Assembly (NCBI GenBank): GCA_963828465.1 | Contig: CAWHEU010000026.1 | Location: 32,001-96,000 of the forward strand | Direction: 5' to 3' | DNA length: 64,000 nucleotides | Origin: an uncultured Acidobacteriota bacterium | GTDB taxonomy: Bacteria > Actinomycetota > Acidimicrobiia > Spongiisociales > ZC4RG35 | In this document: one piece after another, positions 47,270 through 57,987 of the stretch | Numbering within the stretch: position 1 is the first letter of the stretch | Layout: every line of letters starts with the position of its first letter | The notes under the pieces: generated by a model | What the model was told of the DNA's origin: nothing | What the model saw: only the letters and a program-made list of their open reading frames with translations | Database searches by the model: none | Made by a program: the position numbers and the translations under genes

Positions 47270-47743
47270 GAACTGAGTTTACGCCGCGGACCCGGATCGT
47301 ATGGCGGCGCGCACACGTGTCTAGCGGAGGTGGCAAGTGAGCCTTTCAAATCGAAGCGACACGGTCATCGAGGAGACACTCGACTGGCGGCCTTCTATCC
47401 GCGCTTCGCAGCGCCAGATACCTAACGGGAGCGGGAGGTCGCTCTGATGGTCGTCTGGCACCACGAGGGCGATGAAAGGGGCGTAGCCCTCGCTTGTGGC
47501 CCAGCTCGATGAGGTTTGACGGGGCGTCTCCCAACGTCGGTGAATCCCCAGTGTTCGGTGGTGACTCCTGACTGCGGTGACTGAATGATCCCGAGGCGGA
47601 TTCGACGTTTCATGGCAGGTCACTTCGGGTACCTGGTGTGTCCGATGACCTGACAAGTTCACTCGCTGGCCATCCCGGTGCAGGCAACCCGACAACTCGG
47701 GATGTGATGGTGGGTAACCACACGAGTAAGGAGGGCGAAACCA

Positions 47744-49300
47744 GTGAGAACGAAGAGATACCGGCGTCTGGTGACTTCGATGGTCGCCACCGCGATGGTC
47801 GTCTCCGTCGCGGTTCCGGCGATGGCGGCGCCAGAGCCGGAGGGGTTCCTCACCGACAAGGGCGCCTACATCACCCTTGACCCCGGTGCTCCCAATGGGG
47901 CCAAGGTGACTCCGATCGTCTCCGTCGGTGAGACGGTGGACGGCGTCCTTTTCGAGGGCATCCCTGACGGAATCGGGCTTAAGCCGGGGCCCGACAAGAA
48001 GAGCGTTGAGGTGTTCGTCAACCACGAGCAGTCGACCGTCCCCTTCTTCGGCGAGCGCGATTTCCAGGACTCCTCGGTGACGTCCTGGGTCCTGAGCACC
48101 AAGAGCGGGTCAGGTCGTCAGGCCTCGGTGCTGTCCGCCGACGAGCCGATCCCCGACTCCGCCGGCTTCATCCGCTTCTGCTCCGCCTTCATGGCCGGAC
48201 CCGCTGAGGGCTTCTCGACGTACACCTTCTTCACAGGTGAGGAGAGCAACGACGCCGGTCTCGCCGTCCCCGCAGGGGCTCCATACGGGGCGGACGTCTT
48301 CCCCGGCGATGGGACCAGGCAGGCCGGCTACACGGTGAGCTTGAACACGGAGACGGGTGAGTTCAGCCAGATCGCCCGGATGGGCCGTCTCAACCACGAG
48401 AACACGGTGGTGGTCCCGGGCGGCTGGAGCGGATTCACCGTGCTGACCACCGACGACACATTCACCGCGCCTTCGTCCCAGCTCTATATGTTCCGGGGCG
48501 ATACCGAAGAGGACGTTCGCGACGGGGACGGCACCTTCTACGCGTTCCGGGTGACCCACGTGAACGGGGTCGCTCTGACCGACCCGGCCGATGCGTTAAA
48601 CGGGGCAAACGACTATCTAGACCTGGGGATCGACGACGTTTTCAGTGGCGAATTCATCCCAGTTCCCGACGAGATCGCCGATGGGACGACACAGGCCCTC
48701 CCCCAGACGGCGTTGGAGGACTGGTCGAACGAGAACAACGTCATGCAGTTCATTCGGCTGGAGGATCTCGCGTACGACAAGAACGACGCCCGCGTCGTCT
48801 ACATCGCCGACACCGGCGCCAGCGGGGTCGCCCCCAACCCGGCGACAGGGAGGCTGCACCGGCCCGGGGGCGCGGGTCAGGCCCCAAACGGGCGAATCTT
48901 CGAATTCGTCTTCAACGCCGACAACCCGCTGGTAGTCGACAGCCTGACGGTGCTCGCAGACGGCGACGCTCCCGGCACCGATGTGTTCGTCCCTTTCACC
49001 AGCCCGGACAACATCGATACCAGCAAGAGGAGCCTGATGGTCCAGGAGGACACCGGGAACGCGCTGATCTGGCAGCACCGGCTGCAGCAGAGCGACTGGA
49101 GGGTGGTGGCCTCGGTCAACGACCCTGGCGGAGAGTCCAGCGGCATCGTGGACTCTTCCGAGTTCTTCGGGCCAGGCAGCTGGCTGCTCGACGTCCAAGC
49201 GCACACGACGGACGTCGACTTCGACACCACGTCGGAGCCCGGCATCCGGATCAAACGGGAGGACGGGCAGCTCATGCTGCTCGAGCTCCCGGGCTCGTAA
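47744..49300 (+). CDS. Secreted PhoX/DUF839-like alkaline phosphatase
   Basis: Signal peptide ending AMA; VNHE, FCSA, MGRLNHEN, RLED, SPDNI, QED, ESSG, VQAH. Confidence 0.75.
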   Translation: MRTKRYRRLVTSMVATAMVVSVAVPAMAAPEPEGFLTDKGAYITLDPGAPNGAKVTPIVSVGETVDGVLFEGIPDGIGLKPGPDKKSVEVFVNHEQSTVPFFGERDFQDSSVTSWVLSTKSGSGRQASVLSADEPIPDSAGFIRFCSAFMAGPAEGFSTYTFFTGEESNDAGLAVPAGAPYGADVFPGDGTRQAGYTVSLNTETGEFSQIARMGRLNHENTVVVPGGWSGFTVLTTDDTFTAPSSQLYMFRGDTEEDVRDGDGTFYAFRVTHVNGVALTDPADALNGANDYLDLGIDDVFSGEFIPVPDEIADGTTQALPQTALEDWSNENNVMQFIRLEDLAYDKNDARVVYIADTGASGVAPNPATGRLHRPGGAGQAPNGRIFEFVFNADNPLVVDSLTVLADGDAPGTDVFVPFTSPDNIDTSKRSLMVQEDTGNALIWQHRLQQSDWRVVASVNDPGGESSGIVDSSEFFGPGSWLLDVQAHTTDVDFDTTSEPGIRIKREDGQLMLLELPGS

Positions 49301-49310
49301 CGACCAACCC

Positions 49311-49348
49311 GAGGTTTGAGACGCTCCCTGGCGGGCGTCTCAAACCTC
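49311..49348. terminator. 14-bp stem-loop between phoX-like and EEP genes
   Basis: GAGGTTTGAGACGC...GCGTCTCAAACCTC. Confidence 0.7.
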
Positions 49349-49370
49349 TTCAAACCTCGTGGAGACCGAC

Positions 49371-50645
49371 ATGAGCAATCGACATCGGCGACACATCCTG
49401 GCCCTCGCTGTACTCCTAGCGGTCATGGCGGCCACACTCCCGGCCATGGCCGGCAACTCAGAGCGGGAGGTCCGCTTCGCCACCTTCAACGCCTCGCTCA
49501 ACCGGGCCACCGATGGTGAGCTGATCAGCGACCTCACGACGACCGCCGACATCCAGGCCCAGGCCGTGGCAGAGATCATCCAGCGCACCCGGCCCGACGT
49601 GTTGTTGATCAACGAGTTCGATTTCGACGATGGCGATGTCGCCGTCGACCTGTTCCAGGAGAACTATCTGTCGATGGGACAGAACGGGGCCGACCCGATC
49701 GACTATCCCCACCGCATGGGGTTCTCCTCGAACACCGGGATTTTGTCCGGTTTCGATCTCAACAACGACGGAATCACGGCGGCGCCGGGCGACATCGGCA
49801 CACCGAGCTATGCCAACGACTCCTGGGGCTTTGGCCTTTTCCCCGGCCAGTTCGCCTTCGCCGTCTACTCGATGTACCCGATCGCCGAAGAGGACATCCG
49901 GACCTTCCAGCACTTCCTGTGGCAGGACATGCCCGGCGCACTGCTCCCCGTCGACCCGGGTACCGGGGAGTCTTTCTACTCCGAGGAGATCCTCGCCCAG
50001 CTCCGGCTGTCATCGAAGAACCACGTTGACGTGCCGATAGAGGTCGGCGCCAAGACGGTCCACTTCCTGGTCAGTCATCCCACGCCTCCGGTCTTCGATG
50101 GCCCGGAGGATCGAAACGGGACCCGGAACCATGACGAGATCCGGTTTTGGGCCGACTACGTGGGACCGGGCGGGGACCGAGGCAGCTACATCTACGACGA
50201 CGAGGGAAACACCGGCGGCCTCGAGCCGGGCAGTCTGTTCGTGATCGCCGGAGACCAGAACTCCGATCCATTCGACGGCGACAGCGTTTCCGGTTCCGCC
50301 CAGCTTCTGCTCGAGCATCCTCGGGTCAATGCCAAGACGACACCCACAAGCCAAGGTGGGGTCGACCGGTCAGCGGCACAGCCCGGCAATGAGACCCACG
50401 TCGGTGACCCGGCGCACGACACGGCGGACTTCTCCGAGCCTCCGTTCGGACCGGGGAACCTCCGTGCCGACTACGTGCTGCCCAGCAAGAGCCTCCAGAT
50501 CCAGGACACCGCGATCTTCTGGCCCGCCGACGACGACCCGCTGAATCGGCTCACTGGCACTGGAATCTTCGGCGACCCGGTGCCTAGTTCCGACCACCGG
50601 CTGGTGTGGGTCGATGTCAGTCACGGGGGGTTCCCCAAGGGCTAG
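49371..50645 (+). CDS. Secreted endonuclease/exonuclease/phosphatase-family protein (phytase-associated type)
   Basis: Signal peptide; ATFNASL, LINEFD, SHPTPPVFDG, GDQN, RADYVLP, SDH. Confidence 0.88.
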   Translation: MSNRHRRHILALAVLLAVMAATLPAMAGNSEREVRFATFNASLNRATDGELISDLTTTADIQAQAVAEIIQRTRPDVLLINEFDFDDGDVAVDLFQENYLSMGQNGADPIDYPHRMGFSSNTGILSGFDLNNDGITAAPGDIGTPSYANDSWGFGLFPGQFAFAVYSMYPIAEEDIRTFQHFLWQDMPGALLPVDPGTGESFYSEEILAQLRLSSKNHVDVPIEVGAKTVHFLVSHPTPPVFDGPEDRNGTRNHDEIRFWADYVGPGGDRGSYIYDDEGNTGGLEPGSLFVIAGDQNSDPFDGDSVSGSAQLLLEHPRVNAKTTPTSQGGVDRSAAQPGNETHVGDPAHDTADFSEPPFGPGNLRADYVLPSKSLQIQDTAIFWPADDDPLNRLTGTGIFGDPVPSSDHRLVWVDVSHGGFPKG

Positions 50646-50826
50646 GTGGGCAGGCTGGAAGCTGTAGCGGCGGAGACGTGTCGATGACCCGGCTGGCAAG
50701 GGAGCCGCTGCCACGATCTGCTGGTGCGGGTGTGGCCGACATACCAGTAGGACGTCTCAACCAACCAAGATGTGACCAGCGAGGAGTGGGTGCGTTCACT
50801 CTCGTGACTCCCCTGCGTGTTAGGTG

Positions 50827-51699
50827 TTATCGACCCCGACCTGTGCGAAGGGCGGGGACGATCTGCTCGCCGAACAGCCTGGCCTGTCCCAGCGGGTCGT
50901 TGTTACCCGGCCAGAAGATGAAGGCATCGACACCGAACTCTGCGATGCGGGACAGCTCCTCGATCCAGTAGGAGACCGGCCCCGAGAAGTCGCCGGAATG
51001 GCTGGATTCGACGGCTCCGCTCACGTTGTAGACACAGCGGAGCGTCTTCGGGTCACGGCCGGCGTCCAGGGCGGACTGTTGGATCCGGTCCAGATATCCG
51101 GGCAGGTCGGCCGGCGACGCCCATGGCGCCGACGGGACCCAGCCGTCTGCTTTGCGGCCGATCAGGTCGAGCATCTTGGGCCTACTGGCCCCGACCCAGA
51201 TACCGATCTCGTGGGCCGGCGCAGGCCCGGTGTGGACACCAGCGAGTTGATAATGAGCCCCCTCATATCGGACTCCCCTCTCCCCGCTCCAGATGAGCCG
51301 GATGATGTCGATGGCCTCCTCGGTCGCCTCGACCGCCTCCGACGGCGTGCGCCGGGGCCCGCCCATGGCAGCGACTGCATCCCAGAAGCCGCCCGCACCC
51401 AGGCCGAGCTCGACCCGACCTCCGGTGAGGAGGTCGAGTGACGCTGCCGACTTGGCCAGGATGGCGGGGGGGCGAAGGGGAAGCACGGCCACGTCGGGGA
51501 AGAACCTGATCCGGGATGTCCGACCGGCGAGGTATGCGATCAGGGTCCACGTGTCGTAGAAGCGCCACTGATAGGGATGATCCTGGATCCCGATGAGATC
51601 GAGGCCCACCTCCTCGGCGACCTCGGCGAGGCCGATCGTCACCGGCTGGTCGGGCCACATCGGTGTGATGGATATGCCGTATTCCACCTGTTGGCTCAT
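50827..51699 (-). CDS. LLM class flavin-dependent oxidoreductase
   Basis: IQDHPY, LAKSAASLDLLTGGRVELGLGAG, ADGW. Confidence 0.9.
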   Translation of the reverse strand: MSQQVEYGISITPMWPDQPVTIGLAEVAEEVGLDLIGIQDHPYQWRFYDTWTLIAYLAGRTSRIRFFPDVAVLPLRPPAILAKSAASLDLLTGGRVELGLGAGGFWDAVAAMGGPRRTPSEAVEATEEAIDIIRLIWSGERGVRYEGAHYQLAGVHTGPAPAHEIGIWVGASRPKMLDLIGRKADGWVPSAPWASPADLPGYLDRIQQSALDAGRDPKTLRCVYNVSGAVESSHSGDFSGPVSYWIEELSRIAEFGVDAFIFWPGNNDPLGQARLFGEQIVPALRTGRGR

Positions 51700-51736
51700 G
51701 GGTGGTTCCCAACAGGCACGGAGCGGATCACCAGGT

Positions 51737-52285
51737 TCAACGGCCGGCCGGCCGGTCGAATCGGAGGATCTCGTGACGAAGCTCGTCGACCGGGTTGTCA
51801 GGCTCCAGATCTCCCTGCGCCGCCAGCCGAAACCCGGCTTTCAGCAACGCCCGCCACGACGCTTCGTTCGCCGATGAAACCGGAACCACAATGCAGGTCG
51901 CTTCCTCGTTCGTCTGCCAGATGTGGTCGGCGAACGCCGCGATAAGGCGCGAGCCCAAGCCGCGCCCGATCTGTCCAGGGTCCCCGATTAGATAGTCGAT
52001 GCTCACAGCATTGGCCGGCATATCGAGGTGCGGAGCCAGCTCCGCCAGGTATTCCGGGTAGTCCTCATATCTCGAGTACTGAACGAGGCCGATCGGGTAT
52101 CCGTCGAGGAGCACCAGGTGATCCTCGCTCGGTTCCGCGCCGTCCACGGAAGGGCCGAAATCGCGCTCTACGGCTTCGGGGGTGAATTCATGATTCCACC
52201 ACCGCGCCACATGCGGCTCTGCAAGCCATCTCCCGATGAGGGGGAAATCGTCACGTGTCACCCGACGGAAGGCGATCTCCTCCAT
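51737..52285 (-). CDS. GNAT acetyltransferase (AAC(6')-Ib/Acetyltransf_8-like)
   Basis: WLAEPHVARWW, IDYLIG...GRGLG, N.ASWRAL.KAGF. Confidence 0.85.
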   Translation of the reverse strand: MEEIAFRRVTRDDFPLIGRWLAEPHVARWWNHEFTPEAVERDFGPSVDGAEPSEDHLVLLDGYPIGLVQYSRYEDYPEYLAELAPHLDMPANAVSIDYLIGDPGQIGRGLGSRLIAAFADHIWQTNEEATCIVVPVSSANEASWRALLKAGFRLAAQGDLEPDNPVDELRHEILRFDRPAGR

Positions 52286-52527
52286 CGATCGAGCATTCGA
52301 CACCGCGAACGTCTCCAGGACTCGGCGTGTGGCCTAATCCGACCCTACCCCTGCGCTTCGAACCACCAGGCCTCGAACGGAGCCCCACCGTTCGGCGGGG
52401 CGCTGTGCTAGCGGCTTTCCCGGGATTTCGATTTCCATGTCGCAGCCGGTATCGCCACTCACACCCCGGCAGCGAAAGCGTTGAATGCACGCCAGCCCCG
52501 TGTTGACGCAAACGAGAGGAGAACCGA

Positions 52528-53100
52528 ATGGGGAGAATCGTCGTGAGCGACAATGTCTCTATTGATGGAGTTGTCCAGGACCCGGCTGGCGACGAGGGCT
52601 TCAGGGTGGGTGGCTGGGTGGGCAAGATCATGGACCGCCCAGAGCTTGCCAAGCTGACCCTCGACGAGGCGCTAGGGACCAACGCTCTGCTGCTGGGTCG
52701 GCGGAGTTATCAGTGGTTCGCTGCCCGATGGCCCTCCCGGAGCGGCGAGCTGGCGGACAGGATCAACACACTGCCTAAATACGTTGTGTCCTCGACCCTC
52801 GAAGATCCCGACTGGAACAACTCCACGGTGCTGAGGGGCGACGTTGTGAAGGAGGTCTCCAAACTGAAGCAGGAGCTCGACGGGGAAATCGTCGTCTGGG
52901 CCAGCTTCCAGCTGGTGCGTACCCTGATGGAGCACGATCTGGTCGACGAACTGCGGATGAAGATCTACCCGGTGGTGCTCGGAGCCGGCGAGCGACTGTT
53001 CGGCGAGACGAGCGACAAGAAACCCATGCATCTCATAGACACCAAGTCTGTCGATGGCGAAGTCGTTTTTCTCGTCTACGAACGGGCACGAACCGTCTAG
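52528..53100 (+). CDS. Dihydrofolate reductase-like (RibD C-terminal) protein
   Basis: VSIDGV, LLGRRSY, KYVVSSTL, LVDEL...PVVLGAG.RLF. Confidence 0.9.
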   Translation: MGRIVVSDNVSIDGVVQDPAGDEGFRVGGWVGKIMDRPELAKLTLDEALGTNALLLGRRSYQWFAARWPSRSGELADRINTLPKYVVSSTLEDPDWNNSTVLRGDVVKEVSKLKQELDGEIVVWASFQLVRTLMEHDLVDELRMKIYPVVLGAGERLFGETSDKKPMHLIDTKSVDGEVVFLVYERARTV

Positions 53101-53363
53101 CGGAGATCCGACGGCTCCACGGTTCTCTGGGGCTTGGGGGAGTACCAGGCAGGGAGCGGCTGACACGCCTTTCAGATCTCACGCTGTCTCACGCCGCTAG
53201 TGCCACAGCCGCGCCACGGACCCGTGAATGCGTGCTGTTTCTCCTGGTCAGAGTGGTTTGACCGCATCGGGCAACGACAAAGGCTCGCAGTTGGGCTTCA
53301 GTCATCCCGTAGATGCTTGATTGGTCATCGACACGACATCATTCGGGCCGTAGCGTCATCCAC

Positions 53364-53934
53364 ATATCGTCGTTCCTGATCCTCCATGGCCTGGCCAACC
53401 ATCGGCCTCCGGCGCACTGGCAGTTCTGGCTCGCCGCTCGCCTCGCCGCCGAAGGCCATTTCGTGCTTTATCCAGCCCTGCCCGATCCTGATGCTCCATC
53501 GCTCGTGGCGTGGCAGGACGACCTCCATCGCTACCTTCGGACGATGGGAGGGGGCGACCACACGGTCATCTGCCACTCGCTTGCCTGTCTGTTGTGGTTC
53601 CGCAGCGCAGATTCCGTCACGGAGGAGTTGCGTCCCGACCGGCTGTTGCTGGTAGCGCCACCCGGCTCGGATCAGGTGCCGGACTCTGGTGCCGAGTTCC
53701 GCTTTACGAGACCTTGATTCGGCAGCCGTGCGATCGAGCGTCGGCGGCGAGCTTCGGATCGTGGCCTCCGACGACGACCCGTACAACGTTCGCGGAGCTC
53801 AGGCCAGCTACGGCGACCTGCTGGGTGTCGACGTCGAGATCGTCTCGGGCGCCGGTCACATAACCCCCGACGACGGATACGGGCCTTGGCCGGAGGTGGA
53901 ATCGTGGTGTCGTTCCGGCAGGGCGAATCGATGA
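53364..53934 (+). pseudogene. RBBP9/YdeN-like alpha/beta hydrolase; ATA in place of start codon plus +1 frameshift at about 53703
   Basis: LILHG...HWQ.WL, CHSLAC, LLVAPP, then second frame VASDDDPY...GAGHI...GYGPWP. Confidence 0.7.
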
Positions 53935-54263
53935 TCTCGGTCGCGGCTGCGATGGGTTCTCTTCGATCGCATCGGAACCCTTCTCGACCTGCGCCCGGCA
54001 GGTCGGGCCTGGTGACGAACACGATTGACCTCGACGAGGAGGCCCGGGTATGGATCTCGGGCTTTGATGCGGTGAATCGCAAGCTGGGTATCAAGACCGT
54101 CTCCGACCACTCGGCGACTCCGTTCTTCCTGCGTGGCACCGGGTATTCGGAGGGAACGCTGTTCCCATCGGTGGTGTCCGAATTCTGGTTGATCGATGCC
54201 ATCGAGTCAGGAGTGGCCAAGGTGCCCGCGTCTCGGTGGCCGGGAGGAAGCGAGGGAGAAGGG

Positions 54264-54289
54264 TGCCATTTCGGCGTTCGCCGTTCGTC
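54264..54289 (+). promoter_or_regulatory. ECF42-type promoter candidate (TGCCAT-N16-CGTC)
   Basis: Sits directly upstream of the YciI(DGPF)-ECF42 operon. Confidence 0.45.
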
Positions 54290-54321
54290 TTTAGGGTGAA
54301 CATTCCACGAAGGAGGAGCTG

Positions 54322-54669
54322 ATGCAGTACGTGTTGCTGATCTACCAGGGCGACGCGCTCGCGCGACAGGCGGCGTTGCCGGATGAGGAGCAGAAGCAGG
54401 TCTACGCCGACTACGGGGCGCTCAACGAGGATCCACGGGTGACGGGAGGGGTGCCGATGGGGCTTCCGGAGAACGCGACCACGGTGCGGGTCGAAGACGG
54501 CCAGACGTTGACGACGGACGGGCCGTTCGTGGCGGTCAAGGAGGCACTCGGCGGTTACTTCGTCGTGGAGGCGGAGGACCTGGACGCGGCGATCGAGCTG
54601 GCCGCGAAGGTCCCGGCGGCCCGTTTCGGCGGCGCGATCGAGATCCGGCCGAGCGAAACTTATTGGTAG
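54322..54669 (+). CDS. YciI/DGPF-family protein
   Basis: MQYVLLIY, ATTVRV, TDGPF...KE.LGGY, IEIRP. Confidence 0.92.
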   Translation: MQYVLLIYQGDALARQAALPDEEQKQVYADYGALNEDPRVTGGVPMGLPENATTVRVEDGQTLTTDGPFVAVKEALGGYFVVEAEDLDAAIELAAKVPAARFGGAIEIRPSETYW

Positions 54670-55832
54670 GCGCGCTCGAGCAAATCTTCCGCGACGAATG
54701 GGGGCGTGTCCTCGCCAACCTGATCGGCTTCCTCGCCGACTTTGACCTCGCCGAGGAAGCCGCCCAAGAGGCGTTCGCGATCGCAGCCGAGCGCTGGCCG
54801 CGCGACGGGCCGCCAGCCAACCCCCGCGCCTGGCTAGTGGTGACGGCGCGCAACCCGCGATCGACCGCATCCGCCGCGAACGCACGCTCGCAGCCAAGAC
54901 GCCGCTGCTGGACTTGCCCAGAAGTGTGGAGGACGACGTGGACGGACGACGATCCCGGACGAGCGGCTCGAGCTGCTCTTCACCTGCTGTCACCCCGCGC
55001 TCGCCCTCGACGCCCAGGTCGCGCTCACGCTGCGAACGCTCGGCGGTCTCTCCACGGGGGAGATCGCCCGAGCCTTCCTCGTATCCGAACAAACGATGGC
55101 AAAGCGCCTCCTCCGCGCCAAGCGCAAGATCAAGGCATCCCGGATCCCGTTTCGCGTGCCGCCCGGCGAACTGCTCCCCGATCGGCTGGCCGCCGTGCTG
55201 GCCGTCGTCTACCTGATCTTCAACGAAGGCTACGGCGGCAAGGGTGAACTGGCGGCCGACGCGATATGGCTCGGCCGAGCCCTGGCCGAGTTGATGCCCA
55301 ACGAGCCCGAGGCACATGGCCTGCTCGCCCTGATGCTCCTCAACGACGCCCGCCGCGAGGCCCGCTTCGCCGAGGGCACCATCGTCCTCCTCCGCGAGCA
55401 GGACGGTCCCAGTGGGACGACACTCAGATCGCACAAGGACGGGCAGCGCTCGAGAAAGCGCTCGCACTCGGCAGCCCCGACGTCTACGTCCTCCAGGCAG
55501 AAATCGCCTCGCTTCACCTCGACGAGGAGCAGGACTGGCCGCGGCTCGCCGTCCTCTACGGCGCGCTCGCTCGCCGTACCGGCTCTCCCGTCATCGAGCT
55601 CAACTACGCCGCCGCCCTCGCGGAATCAGGCAATGTCGAAACCGCGCTCGCACTCGTCGAGCGCCTCCACCTCGACCAATACCACTACCTACACTCCACC
55701 CGGGCCGAGCTCCTCAGCAGACTCGACCGCCCTGAGGAGGCACGCGCCGCCTACCAGCGAGCGCTCGAACTAGTCCACGCCGACGCAGAACGGCGCTTCC
55801 TTCACCAACGGCTCGCCGCCCTCGACGCATAG
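54663..55832 (+). pseudogene. ECF42-type sigma factor with C-terminal TPR/DUF6596, interrupted by three -1 frameshifts (about 54856, 54946, 55405)
   Basis: DLAEEAAQEAF...P.NPRAWL; IPDERLELLFTCCHPAL; YLIFNEGY; YVLQA.IA..H; AERRFL. Confidence 0.8.
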
Positions 55833-55981
55833 ATCGATCATCCACAAAGCGCGGGCCGCGCTCTCTAAGGAGAGCACGAGTGTCGCCGGTTTTCCCGGCG
55901 ACCAGGCTGCCCTTGCCCTGCAGCCAATTGTGTAGCCGTACGTAGCGGAGGGTTGGGTCAAGGCGACCTACGATGCGGTAG

Positions 55982-57175
55982 GTGACGCAGGAGCCGTCTG
56001 ACCTAGAACGTCTTCTCGGACCAGACCGCAGACCGATCCGTCGGCCTCATGGGATGGCGTTGATCGTCGCCGTGATCGCGGTTGCGATTGCCATCGGTCT
56101 TCTCGTGCTGTGGCCGCGTGACCCGCCGTCGATCGACCGTCTTGCCTTCGGGTTTGCCAGCGCCGTGATACCGGCAACGGTCGAGTCTGTCACGGGTGCC
56201 CCGTGCAGCTACGCCGCCGAGGAAATCTGCAACACGGTCGTGTTCACGGATGGGAGCGGAACTTTCTCTCAGGAGTTTCCGGATGATCCGGGTCAGCCGC
56301 AGTTCGAGGCCGGTGATCCGGTCTACCTGTCAGTCGCGGTGGCAGAGGACGGAAGCATTTCGACCAACTATTACGACAGAAACCGAGGGCCGCTTCTCCT
56401 CGTCGTTGGCCTCCTGTTTGGCATTGCGGTTGTCGCCTTGGGCCGGTTGCGCGGGGTGGCGGCGTTGGTCGGACTTGCAATCAGTGTGGCAGTCCTGATC
56501 TGGTTCATCGTTCCAGCGATCATTGCTGGTCGGGACGCAGTATTGGTGGCGTTGGTCGGAGGCGGTGCCATCGTCCTCGTCTCGTTGTATCTCGCCCACG
56601 GCTACACCCCACTGACCCACGTAGCAGCTGTCGGCGCATTTGCAGCCCTCGCGCTGACCACGGCTTTGTCCTGGGTGGTGGTCGAGTTCGCCCACTTCAC
56701 CGGGCTGGCAAGTGAGGAGGCGTTCTACTTGCTGAATCTCCCCGACATCGACCTAAACGGACTCCTCCTCGCGGGCATCGTCTTGGGAGCGCTCGGTGCC
56801 CTAGACGATGTGACTGTCACACAGGCTTCAGCGGTGTGGGAGGTGGCGGGTGCGAACCAAGCCATTGAGCAGCGAGCCCTCTTCGACTCCGGCCTCCGAA
56901 TCGGACGGGATCACATCGCCTCCACCGTAAATACTCTGCTCCTTGCCTACGCCGGCGCGGCGATGCCGCTTCTGATCCTCTACAGCCTTTCAGGACTATC
57001 GCTTGCATCGGTGGGTAGCTCCGAAGTAATCGCAGTGGAGATCATCAGAACGTTCGTCGGCTCAATTGGGCTCGTCGCCGCAGTGCCGATTACGACCTGG
57101 CTGGCAGCGACTCAAATGCACCGTTGGATGTTGGAGCGTCAGGCAGGGAGAGCGAAAGACGTTCCCTCCTCCTAG
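55982..57175 (+). CDS. YibE/F family membrane protein
   Basis: GALGALDDVTVTQAS, GRDHIASTVNTLLLAYAG, EIIRT.VGSIGL. Confidence 0.92.
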   Translation: MTQEPSDLERLLGPDRRPIRRPHGMALIVAVIAVAIAIGLLVLWPRDPPSIDRLAFGFASAVIPATVESVTGAPCSYAAEEICNTVVFTDGSGTFSQEFPDDPGQPQFEAGDPVYLSVAVAEDGSISTNYYDRNRGPLLLVVGLLFGIAVVALGRLRGVAALVGLAISVAVLIWFIVPAIIAGRDAVLVALVGGGAIVLVSLYLAHGYTPLTHVAAVGAFAALALTTALSWVVVEFAHFTGLASEEAFYLLNLPDIDLNGLLLAGIVLGALGALDDVTVTQASAVWEVAGANQAIEQRALFDSGLRIGRDHIASTVNTLLLAYAGAAMPLLILYSLSGLSLASVGSSEVIAVEIIRTFVGSIGLVAAVPITTWLAATQMHRWMLERQAGRAKDVPSS

Positions 57176-57987
57176 CTCACCTTGGCCGTGGCGTGATCCA
57201 GGGCCCAGTTCAGGGCGTAGTCGGCGACCTCCTCCCACCCGGGGATCGCGGGTAACAGATGTGGTCCGTCGAACTCCACGACTTCGGTGACGGACTTTGA
57301 CTTGTAGTGCTTCGCGTTCGAATGCCCGACCTTGGGCGGAAAGAGGTGATCCTGCTTTCCAATGACGAATAGCAACGGGGGCCACGAGTCGTCGTGATAG
57401 TCGACGTAGTTATCGTCTTTGCCAGGGTGGATATTGGCGAGTGCGCTTCCCCAGAAGACTCTGCCGGAGGCCGGAATGTGGTATCGCTCGTAGAGCGCCA
57501 GGGACTCCTGTTCATCGAAAGTGTTTGTGAATACGTAGTGCCACTGCTCGGGAGTGAAGCCGACCGCCCGATGGCGGTTCGCAGGGTTCTTCAGGATCGG
57601 CCACCCGGATCGGATCTCCGAGAGTGGCACCACTTTGACGCCTTCCGTCGGCGCTGAGTTGATCGCCACCCCGACCGCGCCGAAGCCATGGTCGAGCAAG
57701 ATCTGGGTGAACACCCCGCCAGCTGAATGGCCCATGATGATCGGAGGACGGTCGAGCTTGCCGATGATGTTTTCGAGCATGTCGATGATCTCCGGCACCT
57801 TGAGTTGCTCGATCGGTGTCGGATCTGCGCGCAGCGACTCGACCTCGACCTCGAACCCGGGATAGGCGGGGGTGAGCACAGTGAAACCTGCTGACTCGTA
57901 GCGGGCCTTCCAGTCCTCCCAACTCCTCGGGGTGACCCAGAAACCGTGGACGAGGACAATCGTGTCGGGCTTTGTGGATTCGGACAT
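57172..57987 (-). CDS. Alpha/beta hydrolase
   Basis: IVLVHGFWVTPRSWE, MGHSAGG nucleophile elbow. Confidence 0.9.
   Translation of the reverse strand: MSESTKPDTIVLVHGFWVTPRSWEDWKARYESAGFTVLTPAYPGFEVEVESLRADPTPIEQLKVPEIIDMLENIIGKLDRPPIIMGHSAGGVFTQILLDHGFGAVGVAINSAPTEGVKVVPLSEIRSGWPILKNPANRHRAVGFTPEQWHYVFTNTFDEQESLALYERYHIPASGRVFWGSALANIHPGKDDNYVDYHDDSWPPLLFVIGKQDHLFPPKVGHSNAKHYKSKSVTEVVEFDGPHLLPAIPGWEEVADYALNWALDHATAKVS

Noticed and set aside
47444-47480. Hammerhead ribozyme (CTGATG...GAAA)
   Set aside because: Core reads CTGATGG, not CTGANGA, and I could not build stems I and III.
51737-53100. Antibiotic resistance cassette (aac(6') plus dfr)
   Set aside because: Both belong to broad, mostly uncharacterised GNAT and RibD_C families; there are no attC sites or integron integrase, and specificity cannot be inferred from motifs.
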